Shown: positions 1 through 9,925 of the stretch, piece by piece | Position numbering within the stretch: position 1 is the stretch's first letter | Layout: every line of letters starts with the position of its first letter | NCBI GenBank assembly: GCA_029775855.1 | Contig: JARVJZ010000004.1 | Span: forward strand, 146,288 to 210,287 | DNA: 64,000 nucleotides | Reading direction: 5' to 3' | Origin: Nitrososphaeria archaeon | GTDB taxonomy: Archaea; Thermoproteota; Nitrososphaeria; Nitrososphaerales; JAAOZN01 | Program-made: the position numbers and the translations under genes | Notes under the pieces: model-generated | The model's input: the letters and a program-made list of their open reading frames with translations, nothing else | Databases searched by the model: none | What the model was told of the DNA's origin: nothing

Positions 1-457
1 TTTGTGGGTTTCTTATTAGAGCCATAGCCATAGCTAGCATCTGCTTCTCTCCACCACTTAGCGTGCTAGCTTTCCGATCTAGGTAGGTCTTTAATACGGG
101 GAAGAAGTTGAGGCTTTCTTCTACTCTATCTTTTAGTTCTTCGCCGCATCTATAGCCAGCCATAAGCAGATTCTCTCTCACTTTTAGAGTGTTGAATACG
201 TTGTTGGTCTGTGGCAGATATGCTACTCCTTTTTCAGCTATCTTATGTGGCGGTAATCCGTTCAACTCGTATCCATTATATTTGATTTCGCCTGAAAAGA
301 TGGTTGTTAATCCGAAGATGGTTTTTAGTAATGTGCTTTTCCCGCTACCATTTGGTCCAACGATGACGGATATGCTTCTTCTTTGCACATCTAAGTTGAT
401 GTCATAGAGAACTTGAAGCCGACCGTATCCGGCAGAGAGGTTTTTGATGCTCAACAT
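1..457 (-). CDS. livF: Branched-chain amino acid ABC transporter ATP-binding subunit (LivF-like), 3' end outside window
   Basis: Manual translation from ATG at 457 gives [41 protein letters not shown] (Walker A); lies directly downstream of livG. Confidence 0.9.
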   Translation of the reverse strand, partial: MLSIKNLSAGYGRLQVLYDINLDVQRRSISVIVGPNGSGKSTLLKTIFGLTTIFSGEIKYNGYELNGLPPHKIAEKGVAYLPQTNNVFNTLKVRENLLMAGYRCGEELKDRVEESLNFFPVLKTYLDRKASTLSGGEKQMLAMAMALIRNPQ

Positions 458-459
458 AC

Positions 460-1218
460 TTATCCACCTAGGTAGGCGCTTATGACTTGCGAGTCTCGCA
501 TCACCTTCTCTTTTTCCCCTTGCGTTATAAGTTTACCGTATGCTAGGACGTAGACGTAATCTACATACGGTAAGGCTAGATCAAGTCTATGTTCTATGAT
601 CAAGAATGTCAGCCCTAGCTTATCTCTTAGATTAAGTATGTATGTGAAAATCTCATGCGCTAAGGTTGGGTTTACACCAGATATGGGTTCATCTAGTAAG
701 ATCATCTTCGCATCACTCATTAGGCTTCTCCCTATTTCAAGTAGCTTCATCTGCCCACCACTCAGCTTCGAAGCCCTAAGGTCCCAAAGGTGATCTATCT
801 TTAGGAGCTGTAGTATCTTTAACGCTTTATCTAGATTCTCCTCTTCATCTTTGAGCCAAGAACCCGTGAAAGGCGCCTTTAGAAAGCTTTCACCTCTGTT
901 TACCTTAGAGGCTACGAGCAGATTCTCCAGCACAGTCAATCTTGTGAATAGGGATGGTATTTGGAAGGTTCTTACTAATCCGAGTTTGTATATTTGATGT
1001 GGTGGTAGGGCGGTTATGTCTCTGCCGTTGAAGTAGATCTTACCTTCATCAGGCGCATAGAAGCCAGAAACCACATTTATTAAAGTGGTCTTCCCGCTGC
1101 CGTTAGGCCCGATCATCAACGCAACTTGCTTCTCATTTACCTTTACGTTCACACGGTCTAGTGCTTTGACTCCTCCGAAGCTCTTTGAGACTGATTGTAT
1201 GTCGAGGAGAGTGTTCAT
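460..1218 (-). CDS. livG: Branched-chain amino acid ABC transporter ATP-binding subunit (LivG-like)
   Basis: GPNGSGKT, RTFQ, LSGGQ, LLDEP, IEH and C-terminal AYLG motifs. Confidence 0.92.
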   Translation of the reverse strand: MNTLLDIQSVSKSFGGVKALDRVNVKVNEKQVALMIGPNGSGKTTLINVVSGFYAPDEGKIYFNGRDITALPPHQIYKLGLVRTFQIPSLFTRLTVLENLLVASKVNRGESFLKAPFTGSWLKDEEENLDKALKILQLLKIDHLWDLRASKLSGGQMKLLEIGRSLMSDAKMILLDEPISGVNPTLAHEIFTYILNLRDKLGLTFLIIEHRLDLALPYVDYVYVLAYGKLITQGEKEKVMRDSQVISAYLGG

Positions 1219-1251
1219 GCCCCAAAAAATAGGGGATGGGTGTTCGATATT

Positions 1252-2619
1252 TTAGGTTGGCTGTAGCCATGTTATAGAGTCGGATGCAAAGTTGTAGACC
1301 GCTGCTTTAACCCAGTCGTAGGTGCCTTGAGGTGTCTTTGCTACGCCCCAGATGTCATAGTCTCCGCCAGCCCTATCTCCCGCCTCATTAAGCAGTGTCC
1401 AGCCGCTCGCGCCGAAGTAGTTTGCGCAGATAGAAGGATAGATTTGCTTGATGGCGGTTGCATCGTATACTCCTGTTACAGATATTGCGATGGCTAGTGT
1501 CCAAGCTATGTCATATATGGTGTAGGAGTAAATTTCTGGGTCTTCACCTATCGCTGCTTTTACCTGTGACCTTAGCTTCTCGTATTTTGGTGATGAAGTC
1601 GCTGCGAAGATTGTGCTGTAGAGCTTAATCTTCTCAGCTATAGGACCTGCGTCTGAGACTACTCTGCTGTTTTGAGCTGTGCCATCGGTCCCATACCAAG
1701 TTACATTTACTAGGTTGGGATAGTCTTTTGCTTGGAGCAGTATTAGAGCCGCTTCGTCAAATGAAATGTCAAGGAGAGCAACCTTAGCAGCACCGTAGCT
1801 CTTTATCCAATCACCTATCTTTGTGTTTGCGCTGCTTAGCTCTGCTGAGAAGTCCTTTGCATCAGGGTTGTATCTAATAGGCACAACTTCACCACCTACC
1901 TTGCTGAATTCCCTTGCAAAAGCGTCTTGAAGCCCATCACCCCAAGCGTCACCTCTATAGAGCACAACAACGTGACTTACGCCAGCGCTTGAGAGCAACT
2001 TTGAGAGAGCTTTACCTTGGAAGTTATCATCAGGCACAAGTCTGAATACATAGTCATCAGGTATTGCTAGAGCTGGTGCAGTAGAAGATTGGCTTACAAC
2101 CAAAATTCTGTTAGAGTCAGCATACCCCTTTATGTTTCTCAGCTCACCACTAGATAGAGGGCCGATAACAAGCTTTACACCCCTTGCTGCTAAGGACTGA
2201 AGCTTCTGTAGAGCTACTGCTGGTTGTGTTGCGGTATCTTCTTCGATGATCTTGAATGTCCAACTCTGCCCAGATAGTTTAAGCCAGTCGTTTATCTCTT
2301 TTTCAGCTATCTTTAGGGATGTTGACTCCCTTTTGCCGAAGCTTGCTAAGTCTCCGCTTAAACTCATTAAAGCTCCTACCGCAATTTCGCCGCTTAGCCT
2401 AGCGCCAGGCGCTGTTACAGTTGTTGTTACTGTTGTCGGAGCAGCTGTTACCGTTGTTGCTGTTGTCTGTGTTGTAGTTCTGACTTCGGTTACTGTGCTA
2501 ATGACTGGTGGAGTGGATGAGCCTACAAGATATCCTCCAGCTGCGCCTATTATTAAGCCAACGATTAGTAATACAGCCGCTATTGCTGAAGAAACACCTA
2601 ACCTTTTTCTGATACGCAT
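1252..2619 (-). CDS. ABC transporter substrate-binding protein (LivK/type I PBP) with N-terminal anchor and Thr-rich linker
   Basis: Basic N-terminus, hydrophobic helix and Thr-rich linker; IGPLSS, SSTAPAL and FRLVPDD motifs; located in liv cluster. Confidence 0.88.
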   Translation of the reverse strand: MRIRKRLGVSSAIAAVLLIVGLIIGAAGGYLVGSSTPPVISTVTEVRTTTQTTATTVTAAPTTVTTTVTAPGARLSGEIAVGALMSLSGDLASFGKRESTSLKIAEKEINDWLKLSGQSWTFKIIEEDTATQPAVALQKLQSLAARGVKLVIGPLSSGELRNIKGYADSNRILVVSQSSTAPALAIPDDYVFRLVPDDNFQGKALSKLLSSAGVSHVVVLYRGDAWGDGLQDAFAREFSKVGGEVVPIRYNPDAKDFSAELSSANTKIGDWIKSYGAAKVALLDISFDEAALILLQAKDYPNLVNVTWYGTDGTAQNSRVVSDAGPIAEKIKLYSTIFAATSSPKYEKLRSQVKAAIGEDPEIYSYTIYDIAWTLAIAISVTGVYDATAIKQIYPSICANYFGASGWTLLNEAGDRAGGDYDIWGVAKTPQGTYDWVKAAVYNFASDSITWLQPT

Positions 2620-2704
2620 AAAGGTTGTATCTATGCGTTGGATTTATAAAGCTTATCTTCTAGATATCGATAAATGATTAAGAGATGGCTGGTGATGCTT
2701 TAGT

Positions 2705-3640
2705 TTGATTGATCCTCTTCTTAGAAATGCAATAATCTTTGCTAATATGCTTACTTTGATGAGTATAGGTTTGACCCTAACTTATATGACGACAAAGGTT
2801 CCTAACTTTGCTCACGGCACCTTAGTGACTGTAGGGATCTATGTGTCGATGACTGCAGGTCAGATCTTTAACTTGACGCCTTACCTTGCTCTTCCGTTCT
2901 CCTTTGTTTTAGGTGGTTTTACGGCAGTCGTCATCTACCTGCTAGTTTTGAGACCGCAGATGAAGCGTGGCGCTTCGATTGTGGGGCTTATGGTTGCCAC
3001 ATTAGCTATTGATGTCTTCTTCATAGGTGTGCTCAACATATATGCAGATAGTGTGCAGCGTATCTCTAAGGTTGTGACACGCTACTTTATTTTGAGGAGA
3101 TTTGACTTTACATTTGCTGACCAGCCAGGTATCTTTTTTGTGCTTCCAAGTTTGGTTGTATGTTCGGTTGTGCTTCTTTATATTCTTCTCACACGCACAA
3201 AGTTTGGTATAGCTATGAGAGCGGTAGTTGAAGATGCGTCTCTTGCGGGGGTTCTTGGAATAAACGTGAATAAAGTGTATCTTGTTTCGTGGTTTATAGC
3301 AGGAGGGCTGGCTTCGCTTGCTGGTGCTCTTTTACCACTCTGGCTTCAAGGTTCAACTGACACAGGCACAAGGATGATAGTTAGTATCTTTTCTGCCAGC
3401 ATATTAGGCGGGCTTCTTAACATATATGGCGCGGTCTTAGGTGGGCTGCTTGTCGGTTTGGTTGAGGTTCTTGGAACCAATCTACTTGCGCAAATATTTG
3501 GAGTCTGGATTATACCGTATAGACCAGCCCTACCTCTAGCAATTATGGTTGTTACTCTACTAGTAGCACCTATGGGTTTAGCTAGTATAAGAAGGTCAGA
3601 ACTAAGAGCGGTAAAGAGGAGGGGAAGAAGTTGGCTCTAG
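2705..3640 (+). CDS. livH: Branched-chain amino acid ABC permease (LivH-like)
   Basis: GLTLTY..NFAHG and TKFGIAMRAV motifs; polytopic membrane protein. Confidence 0.9.
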   Translation: MIDPLLRNAIIFANMLTLMSIGLTLTYMTTKVPNFAHGTLVTVGIYVSMTAGQIFNLTPYLALPFSFVLGGFTAVVIYLLVLRPQMKRGASIVGLMVATLAIDVFFIGVLNIYADSVQRISKVVTRYFILRRFDFTFADQPGIFFVLPSLVVCSVVLLYILLTRTKFGIAMRAVVEDASLAGVLGINVNKVYLVSWFIAGGLASLAGALLPLWLQGSTDTGTRMIVSIFSASILGGLLNIYGAVLGGLLVGLVEVLGTNLLAQIFGVWIIPYRPALPLAIMVVTLLVAPMGLASIRRSELRAVKRRGRSWL

Positions 3641-4704
3641 CGTTATTTGCACAGTTTATTGTGGATCTGCTGGCCTTCTTCGCTGTCTACATGATCCTAT
3701 CTGTGAGTCTAAATCTTGAATTTGGATATACAGGTGTCCCTAACTTCGGTAAGGTTCTTCTTGTAGCTGGAGGAGCGTATGTAGTAGCAGCATTCTCAGG
3801 TAGGTTCTCTCAGCTACTACTTAATGTAGCGGTAGATAAGGACTTTATCAAGGATAATGCTGCGGTTATGGCTGCGGTTAACTCGGCTTTCTCTCAAGAC
3901 ATCGTTGCAGCCCTCATAGTCTTCTTCGCTACAATAGTCCTAGCAGCTTTTGTGGGTGGGGCTTTAGGGTATTTGGCTTCATACCCTGCGGTTAGACTGA
4001 GAGAAGACTACCTTGGTATGACGCTCTTAGCCATAGGTGAAATATCACGGGTTATCGGTCAGAACTATGAGCCTATAGCTGGTGGAACATTGGGTGTGCA
4101 GGTGCCAGATCCCTTTGCTTGGGCTGGTGAGGTTAGGTTCTTAGCATTTACTTTGATCTTACTCGCCTTTGCGGGCTTGATCTATCTTTATGCTGAGAGG
4201 ATAGCTCGTTCGCCTTTAGGTAGGCTGCTGCGCTCGATTAGAGATAATGAACTTTCTGCTGAGGCGCTAGGCAAAGATGCTACAAAAGTTAGGATAAAGA
4301 TACTTATTGTAGGTTCTGCTATCGCTGGTGTAGCTGGTGCGCTCTATTCGTTCTATGCTGGAGGCGTGGTTGCTACAGCATTTAATAGAGTGGATTGGAC
4401 TTTTTGGCCTTGGCTTATACTAATAATTGGTGGTGCTGCAAATAATGTGGGTGTAGCGTTTGGTTCATTCATCTTCATCACAGCGAGAAGGGTTATCGAG
4501 TTTTACAAAGATTCATTCACATTTTTACCCTTCGATGCGGTTTGGCTTGAATACCTTCTTCTCGGCTCAATCCTTATACTTGTGCTCATCTATAGACCTG
4601 AGGGGCTTATACCTGAGAAGGCTACACCAACTATCAGCAACAAGCGTCTTAAAGCCCTTATAAAGAAGGTTAAAGATGAAGCTGCTCACAAAGATAATGT
4701 TTAG
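3631..4704 (+). CDS. livM: Branched-chain amino acid ABC permease (LivM-like)
   Basis: SLNLEFGYTG, RLREDY, SPLGRLLRSIRDNE and RPEGL motifs. Confidence 0.9.
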   Translation: MALALFAQFIVDLLAFFAVYMILSVSLNLEFGYTGVPNFGKVLLVAGGAYVVAAFSGRFSQLLLNVAVDKDFIKDNAAVMAAVNSAFSQDIVAALIVFFATIVLAAFVGGALGYLASYPAVRLREDYLGMTLLAIGEISRVIGQNYEPIAGGTLGVQVPDPFAWAGEVRFLAFTLILLAFAGLIYLYAERIARSPLGRLLRSIRDNELSAEALGKDATKVRIKILIVGSAIAGVAGALYSFYAGGVVATAFNRVDWTFWPWLILIIGGAANNVGVAFGSFIFITARRVIEFYKDSFTFLPFDAVWLEYLLLGSILILVLIYRPEGLIPEKATPTISNKRLKALIKKVKDEAAHKDNV

Positions 4705-4737
4705 AAAGGTGGTCTAGATAGGTCTGTTGGTTGTGCA

Positions 4738-5286
4738 TTGGTTGTAGTTATTGCTGTAGTGGGTGGTAAAAAGTCTGGTAAGACTTGGACCATGGAGTAT
4801 CTTATCTCTAGGCTCTCTGCCCTAAATTTTAAGGTGGCTGCTGTAAAACATATTCACGAAGAAGGAATTACAATAGACACCGCTGGCAAAGATACTTGGA
4901 GGTTCGCAAAGGCTGGTGCAAAAGTAGTCCTAAGTGCATCTCCAGATGAGTTAGCCTTGATCAAAAAGGCTAAGATGTATTACAGCAACTTGGATAACAT
5001 TTTGGATTATTTAAAGGGTGAAGATTTGGACTTCATATTCGTCGAAGGATTTCATTCACTTGCAGCGAAAAGAATGGATGTATATAAGATCATAACCGCA
5101 AAAGATTTAGATGATTTAAACAGACTTCTTGTAGGCACAGAGCCCCCTATACTTGCTGCAACAGGCGTAATAGGTCAGAGCGTAAGCCAAACTTCAGCAT
5201 CCGACATACCGATAATTAACCTTATGGTGAATGGAGAAGCACTAGTTGATATGGTTAGGCGGCTTGCTGTTAGAGGCAAACATTAA
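4738..5286 (+). CDS. mobB: Molybdopterin-guanine dinucleotide biosynthesis protein B
   Basis: GGKKSGKT P-loop, VKH, GKDTWRFAKAGA and VEGF motifs. Confidence 0.88.
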   Translation: MVVVIAVVGGKKSGKTWTMEYLISRLSALNFKVAAVKHIHEEGITIDTAGKDTWRFAKAGAKVVLSASPDELALIKKAKMYYSNLDNILDYLKGEDLDFIFVEGFHSLAAKRMDVYKIITAKDLDDLNRLLVGTEPPILAATGVIGQSVSQTSASDIPIINLMVNGEALVDMVRRLAVRGKH

Positions 5287-6002
5287 GCTTTGAGCACTTC
5301 TACTCCACTTATAACCTCTTCTTCGTTGGCCTCAATAACCTCCTCAGCGTTGTTGAACTTTGTTGACTGGGCGAGCTTAACTCTAACACTGCAGCCCTTA
5401 TAAGTGAAGGTCGCTGTATCATCTATAGGCTCTACAGCACGAAACCTCTTATTTGTAGCACCCATAGGAGCTTGGATGCCGTCTGCTATACAACCTTTAG
5501 CAGATACTATAACCTTAAGCTCTCTATCTCTTGGATAGCAACCTAGTTCACTTACCGCCCTGTAGAGCATTCTTACACCTATGGCAACACCAGCACATAG
5601 ATCGCCGTGAAAGTGTTCAGCTTCCTTTAACATAGATTTAAGCATCACCGTCTTTGGTGTGCTGCTGAATTTAGTTGCGTCATTTGGCGTTGAAGCGCTA
5701 TATATGCAATCATCTGCTGTATGATATGGCTGGATATGTAATATATTGGTAGGCTTCTTTATATTATTTGTTCTAACTTTGATTTCTACACCCTCTTTGC
5801 TAATAACTTTAGCGACATAAGCTACCGTGCTCCTACTTCTTTTCGAGTAAGCTACGAGGATTATGTGTGAGAAGCCTTTAATCTTCTCGATTATTCCTTC
5901 GGGGTCTTCAAACAACCTGATCTTAACTAGACCATTGAGAAACGATTGAGCGCCCTCTGTTAAAGGTTCTGCTTGTGCTATCCATTTAACCTTTAAATAC
6001 AT
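5283..6002 (-). CDS. FmdE-family protein with a degenerate TrmO/TsaA-like N-terminal region
   Basis: C-terminal FHGDLCAG...CIADGIQ is the FmdE Zn motif; N-terminal GFSHIILV and ILHIQPY resemble TsaA/YaeB (ILDIKPY). Confidence 0.6.
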   Translation of the reverse strand: MYLKVKWIAQAEPLTEGAQSFLNGLVKIRLFEDPEGIIEKIKGFSHIILVAYSKRSRSTVAYVAKVISKEGVEIKVRTNNIKKPTNILHIQPYHTADDCIYSASTPNDATKFSSTPKTVMLKSMLKEAEHFHGDLCAGVAIGVRMLYRAVSELGCYPRDRELKVIVSAKGCIADGIQAPMGATNKRFRAVEPIDDTATFTYKGCSVRVKLAQSTKFNNAEEVIEANEEEVISGVEVLKA

Positions 6003-6036
6003 AGTTGGTTACTTGCTCATCTTAGCTAAATAAAGG

Positions 6037-6603
6037 TTAAACAAATCGCTCTTCTTCACCGACGATCTTCGTGAAGTTGGAGAGTATCTTTGACCCATCT
6101 CTACTACATTCAGGGTGGAATTGAACGCCATAAAACATCAACTCTTCATGCCCAATTATTTCGTTTTCACAGTTTTCGGAATAACCTAACGTCTTGAAGC
6201 CATTTGGTAGGCGAGATATGTTGAAGATGTGCGATTCAAATACTTTAAGCCTTGAATACGGTTCGGTCAATATATTTGGCTTCCTCACATATACGGTTTG
6301 ATAGCCATAGACTTTTTGACCTAACCTAGTGAGCGCCCCACCCATAGCTAGAGATAAGATTTCAGCGCCATAGCATATTCCTAGTAGCGGTTTATGCTTT
6401 ACTAGAGCTTGTTTAATCACCTTTATGTTTGCTCGGTTGATTTCGTCTGAAGCTGATCTGCGTCCAGTTAAGATAATGCCTCTATAGTCATCTAGTTTGA
6501 TTGGTTGGTCATATCGGATTATTTGATATGCAGCTCTAAGCTTCTCCAAGCTATCCACCAACTCTGGGAGTGTTGTTGAGTCGTTGTCTAGTATGAGCAG
6601 CAT
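6037..6603 (-). CDS. Class I glutamine amidotransferase (GMP synthase subunit A-like)
   Basis: GICYG nucleophile elbow and QFHPE triad motif. Confidence 0.8.
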   Translation of the reverse strand: MLLILDNDSTTLPELVDSLEKLRAAYQIIRYDQPIKLDDYRGIILTGRRSASDEINRANIKVIKQALVKHKPLLGICYGAEILSLAMGGALTRLGQKVYGYQTVYVRKPNILTEPYSRLKVFESHIFNISRLPNGFKTLGYSENCENEIIGHEELMFYGVQFHPECSRDGSKILSNFTKIVGEEERFV

Positions 6604-6660
6604 CCTTCAGCCTATAACCAACACCCTTTATATTCATCTTCTCCCAGCTTAGTTAAGTAC

Positions 6661-7437
6661 TTGCTCAGTAAAGATGAGTTATTTGATGTTAGTGGTAGAG
6701 TTGCAGTAGTAACTGGAGCAGCTGGCACATTAGGCTATGCTTTCGCAGAAGCTTTAGCTTCGAGAGGCGCAAAAGTCTTTTTAACAGATAGAAGAGCTGA
6801 AGACCTTAGGAAAGTAGCATTAGACCTCAGTGGTAAAGGCTTAAATGTTGATTGGCTTGAAGCCGATTTAACCAGAGAAGAAGATGTAGACCGAGCCTTT
6901 AACAAATGTGAATCAACTCTGGGGCATCCAAATGTGCTTGTTAACAGCATCGGCGACTCGATTTACAAACCAACCTTAGACCTCTCTCTCGCAGAGTGGA
7001 ACAGAGTAATCAACGTGAACCTAACCGCAGCATTCCTATGCTCAAAAAGAGCGGCAAAAAGCATGATAGAAGCAAGCATAAGAGGAAAGATAATACACAT
7101 AGCCTCAATCTACGGACTACGAGCAGACCGCTTCCCTATAGCAGCCTACTACTCTTCTAAGGCTGGGCTTGTGAACTTGACCAAAGCACTTGCAGTCGAA
7201 TGGGCAAGATATGGTATAAATGTGAATGCAATCGCACCATCATTTTTTGCTAGTAGATTGACTAAAGTTATTCTTGAAGACACTAAGAGTAGAGAGCATC
7301 TGCTCAACCATACACCACTAAGGAGACTTGCTGAGCCTCAAGATCTAGTAGGCGCATTAATCTTCTTGGCGTCTCCAGCATCAGACTACGTGACGGGGCA
7401 GGTTATCGTTGTTGATGGCGGTTGGTCTTCTTGGTAA
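6661..7437 (+). CDS. Short-chain dehydrogenase/reductase (gluconate 5-DH/KduD-like)
   Basis: TGAAGTLG, YYSSK, NVNAIAP and VDGG motifs. Confidence 0.9.
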   Translation: MLSKDELFDVSGRVAVVTGAAGTLGYAFAEALASRGAKVFLTDRRAEDLRKVALDLSGKGLNVDWLEADLTREEDVDRAFNKCESTLGHPNVLVNSIGDSIYKPTLDLSLAEWNRVINVNLTAAFLCSKRAAKSMIEASIRGKIIHIASIYGLRADRFPIAAYYSSKAGLVNLTKALAVEWARYGINVNAIAPSFFASRLTKVILEDTKSREHLLNHTPLRRLAEPQDLVGALIFLASPASDYVTGQVIVVDGGWSSW

Positions 7438-9597
7438 TCAGTCGCCACAGTAGTTGAATTCCGCTACTTCTCTAATCTTAGATGCTGTCTTATCTCCTAT
7501 TCCCTCAACCGTCTTTAATTCATCTAAGCTTGCTGAGAAGACCCCCTTAACGTTCTTAAAGTGTTTGAGAAGCCTATCAGCCAAGATAGCATCAATACCC
7601 GGCACACCAGCAACAACATACTTCTGAATCTCTGGTGTAGTTAATGGTTTTCTGCCCTCCCTAACTCTTACAGCCTTTCTTCCCTCCTCTTGCTCCCTTT
7701 TAGCTATATAGTAGATAATTACAGCTGTCTCTTCATCGTCTTCTGACGTATATATTGGGATGTAAAAGTCTGTTAATGCACTCGCGAGTGAAGAGTAGAA
7801 GGCTGGTAGCCCTATGCTGGCGCCCTTCTTTCTACTGCCTTGCACGATGAGCAGCGGCTTTGGATACTTATTCTTCATTGCTACCAGTTGGCTGAAGAGC
7901 CTGTTATCCATAAGCGACTTGATGTAGTCTTCAACGGTCTTTCGTTCAACAACAATATCCTCACTCAAGACGAAGTCTCCTATGTCTAGTTGCTCAATGT
8001 GGACTTCTGCACCCATCCTCTCCAGACAATCTACGAGAGATCTTGACTCACGCGTGTCAACATATATTATTGGACCCTTTGTGGGTTTTAAGTATGTGTC
8101 TAGGATTTGAGCTTCTTTCTTAACCTTAAGCTCTTCAATCACTTGCTTTGCTTCCCTCAACCTTTTCTTAGCCAGCCAATAGTATGCTTCATCTCTTGTT
8201 CCTTTAACTAAGAATGCCACTACTCTACCCGGCGCTCTTCTTCCTGTTCTTCCTCTTCGCTGAACAAAGCGTATCGCGCTAGGCACGTTGTCGTAAAAGA
8301 CTACCAGCCTACATTCAGCTATGTCTAGACCCTCTTCGCCAACTTGTGTTGATATAAGTATGTCAAATTCTCCTCTTCTCATCTCCTCAAGCACCGCTAC
8401 TTGCTCCTTTTGTGTAAGACCGCCGCTTCCTCGCTTTCCCACTAAGATTCTTGCTCTTAGACGCTCTGAAGCCAGCTTCTTATAGATCTCTTGAACTGAG
8501 GCTCTGTAGCTAGTGAATACGATAGCCTTTTCTCCTGGAGGTAGGGTTTTAAGCACCTTGATCAGCTCCTCAAGCTTAGGGTGCTCGACCCCTAACTCGA
8601 GTGTACCCTTGGCTATTTCATATGCAGTCCTCAGATGCTCGTTTTGCAGAAGTTCTTTTAACCCTATGCCTTTACCTCTACTTAAGAGCCGCTCCATAAA
8701 CTGAGTGAATGATGCTACTGTCTGAGTCTCTATTAGCCCAAGCATCATGGTTAACCTAATTAGAGAGAAGAGCGCGCTCCGTGCAGCAGGATTTGCTGAA
8801 TACTCCGGCTTAGCCCTCAACTCAATTAGATGCTTCATCTTAGGCTGAACACCTATTTCTCCTAAACCAAGTGCAGCAAGCCTACTCACATAGTCTTTTA
8901 TTGCTTCAAGCAGTTCACTTCTTATTCTATTCAAGAGAGGGTTAAGTTGAACTTCAATCCATTCGATAGAGGTCTTTTGCACATACCGCGCTATCTGCTC
9001 ACTATCTTCCCTCTTCGCCTCCACTCGATTTAGCTTGAGGTTCCTCAGAATCTCCTCTACCTTCTCTTTTTCTGCTGGTAGTGATGCTGTCATCCCAAGC
9101 CTCTTTACATTAGGGTTTTCACCCATTTTCATACTAACCAAAGTGTAAGCGTAGGCTCCAACAGACCTATGCGCTTCGTCAAATATTATGAGTGAAAACT
9201 GTTTGGGATCTATCAGCCCACGCTCCAAATCAGCAGCCATTATTTGAGGGGTTGCGCAAACCACACGCTTAGACCAAGCAAGCACTCTATCATTTAACTT
9301 CATCTCACCAGTTACAACAGAAATATCCTCTGAAGATATATCCAACATCCTAGAAAGGAAAGCCTCGTGCTGAGAAGCCAAGACCCTAGTTGGTGTAAGC
9401 AAGACGCACTTCTTATCAGGATACCTATAGAGCATCTCAGCAATTAGAAGGAGAGCTACAGCTGTCTTGCCTAATCCTGTGGGAAGCACGATGAGAAGGT
9501 CTTCTTCTAAGCAGAGTCTAAATAGGTCTAACTGATAATCTCTTTTCTCAAGCGTCTGGCTTTTTAGTAGAGGGTGGCTTACCCACTCCATAGGCAA
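7438..9597 (-). CDS. hef: Hef helicase-nuclease (FANCM/ERCC4 family)
   Basis: PTGLGKT, DEAH, QRRGRTGR helicase motifs; ERCC4 VDTRE/GDF/ERKT; C-terminal tandem HhH. Confidence 0.93.
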   Translation of the reverse strand: MPMEWVSHPLLKSQTLEKRDYQLDLFRLCLEEDLLIVLPTGLGKTAVALLLIAEMLYRYPDKKCVLLTPTRVLASQHEAFLSRMLDISSEDISVVTGEMKLNDRVLAWSKRVVCATPQIMAADLERGLIDPKQFSLIIFDEAHRSVGAYAYTLVSMKMGENPNVKRLGMTASLPAEKEKVEEILRNLKLNRVEAKREDSEQIARYVQKTSIEWIEVQLNPLLNRIRSELLEAIKDYVSRLAALGLGEIGVQPKMKHLIELRAKPEYSANPAARSALFSLIRLTMMLGLIETQTVASFTQFMERLLSRGKGIGLKELLQNEHLRTAYEIAKGTLELGVEHPKLEELIKVLKTLPPGEKAIVFTSYRASVQEIYKKLASERLRARILVGKRGSGGLTQKEQVAVLEEMRRGEFDILISTQVGEEGLDIAECRLVVFYDNVPSAIRFVQRRGRTGRRAPGRVVAFLVKGTRDEAYYWLAKKRLREAKQVIEELKVKKEAQILDTYLKPTKGPIIYVDTRESRSLVDCLERMGAEVHIEQLDIGDFVLSEDIVVERKTVEDYIKSLMDNRLFSQLVAMKNKYPKPLLIVQGSRKKGASIGLPAFYSSLASALTDFYIPIYTSEDDEETAVIIYYIAKREQEEGRKAVRVREGRKPLTTPEIQKYVVAGVPGIDAILADRLLKHFKNVKGVFSASLDELKTVEGIGDKTASKIREVAEFNYCGD

Positions 9598-9619
9598 GAG
9601 GAGGCTCCTTTAGCTTGCT

Positions 9620-9883
9620 TCAGCCAAACCGTCTTGTGAATTCTTCTCTGGGTATCGCAGGGAAGGTTTCGGTTGAGCATATATCTGATAAACCTACGAC
9701 CACTTCGGTAACCTTTAGTTGGTCATCAGCCTCAACGTGCCAGATCACGTCGTATCTACCTAAAGTGAAGTACATGCCGTGTGGTTTGAAGCCTGGAGGT
9801 GGTTTTTCACATAGGTTGTTTAGGCGGCTTAGAGTTTCTCTCCCAACCTTGCTTCTAAACTTCATCACGATTATGAAGTCCAT
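9620..9883 (-). CDS. GYD domain protein
   Basis: YFTLGRYDV motif, 87 aa. Confidence 0.8.
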   Translation of the reverse strand: MDFIIVMKFRSKVGRETLSRLNNLCEKPPPGFKPHGMYFTLGRYDVIWHVEADDQLKVTEVVVGLSDICSTETFPAIPREEFTRRFG

Positions 9884-9925
9884 ACTTACTGTTGCAGGGC
9901 TAGAACTATTTATATCTAATATGGG

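Noticed and set aside
2405-2500. Low-complexity GTT/TGT repeats
   Set aside because: They encode the Thr-rich linker of the SBP and are not a CRISPR array or satellite.
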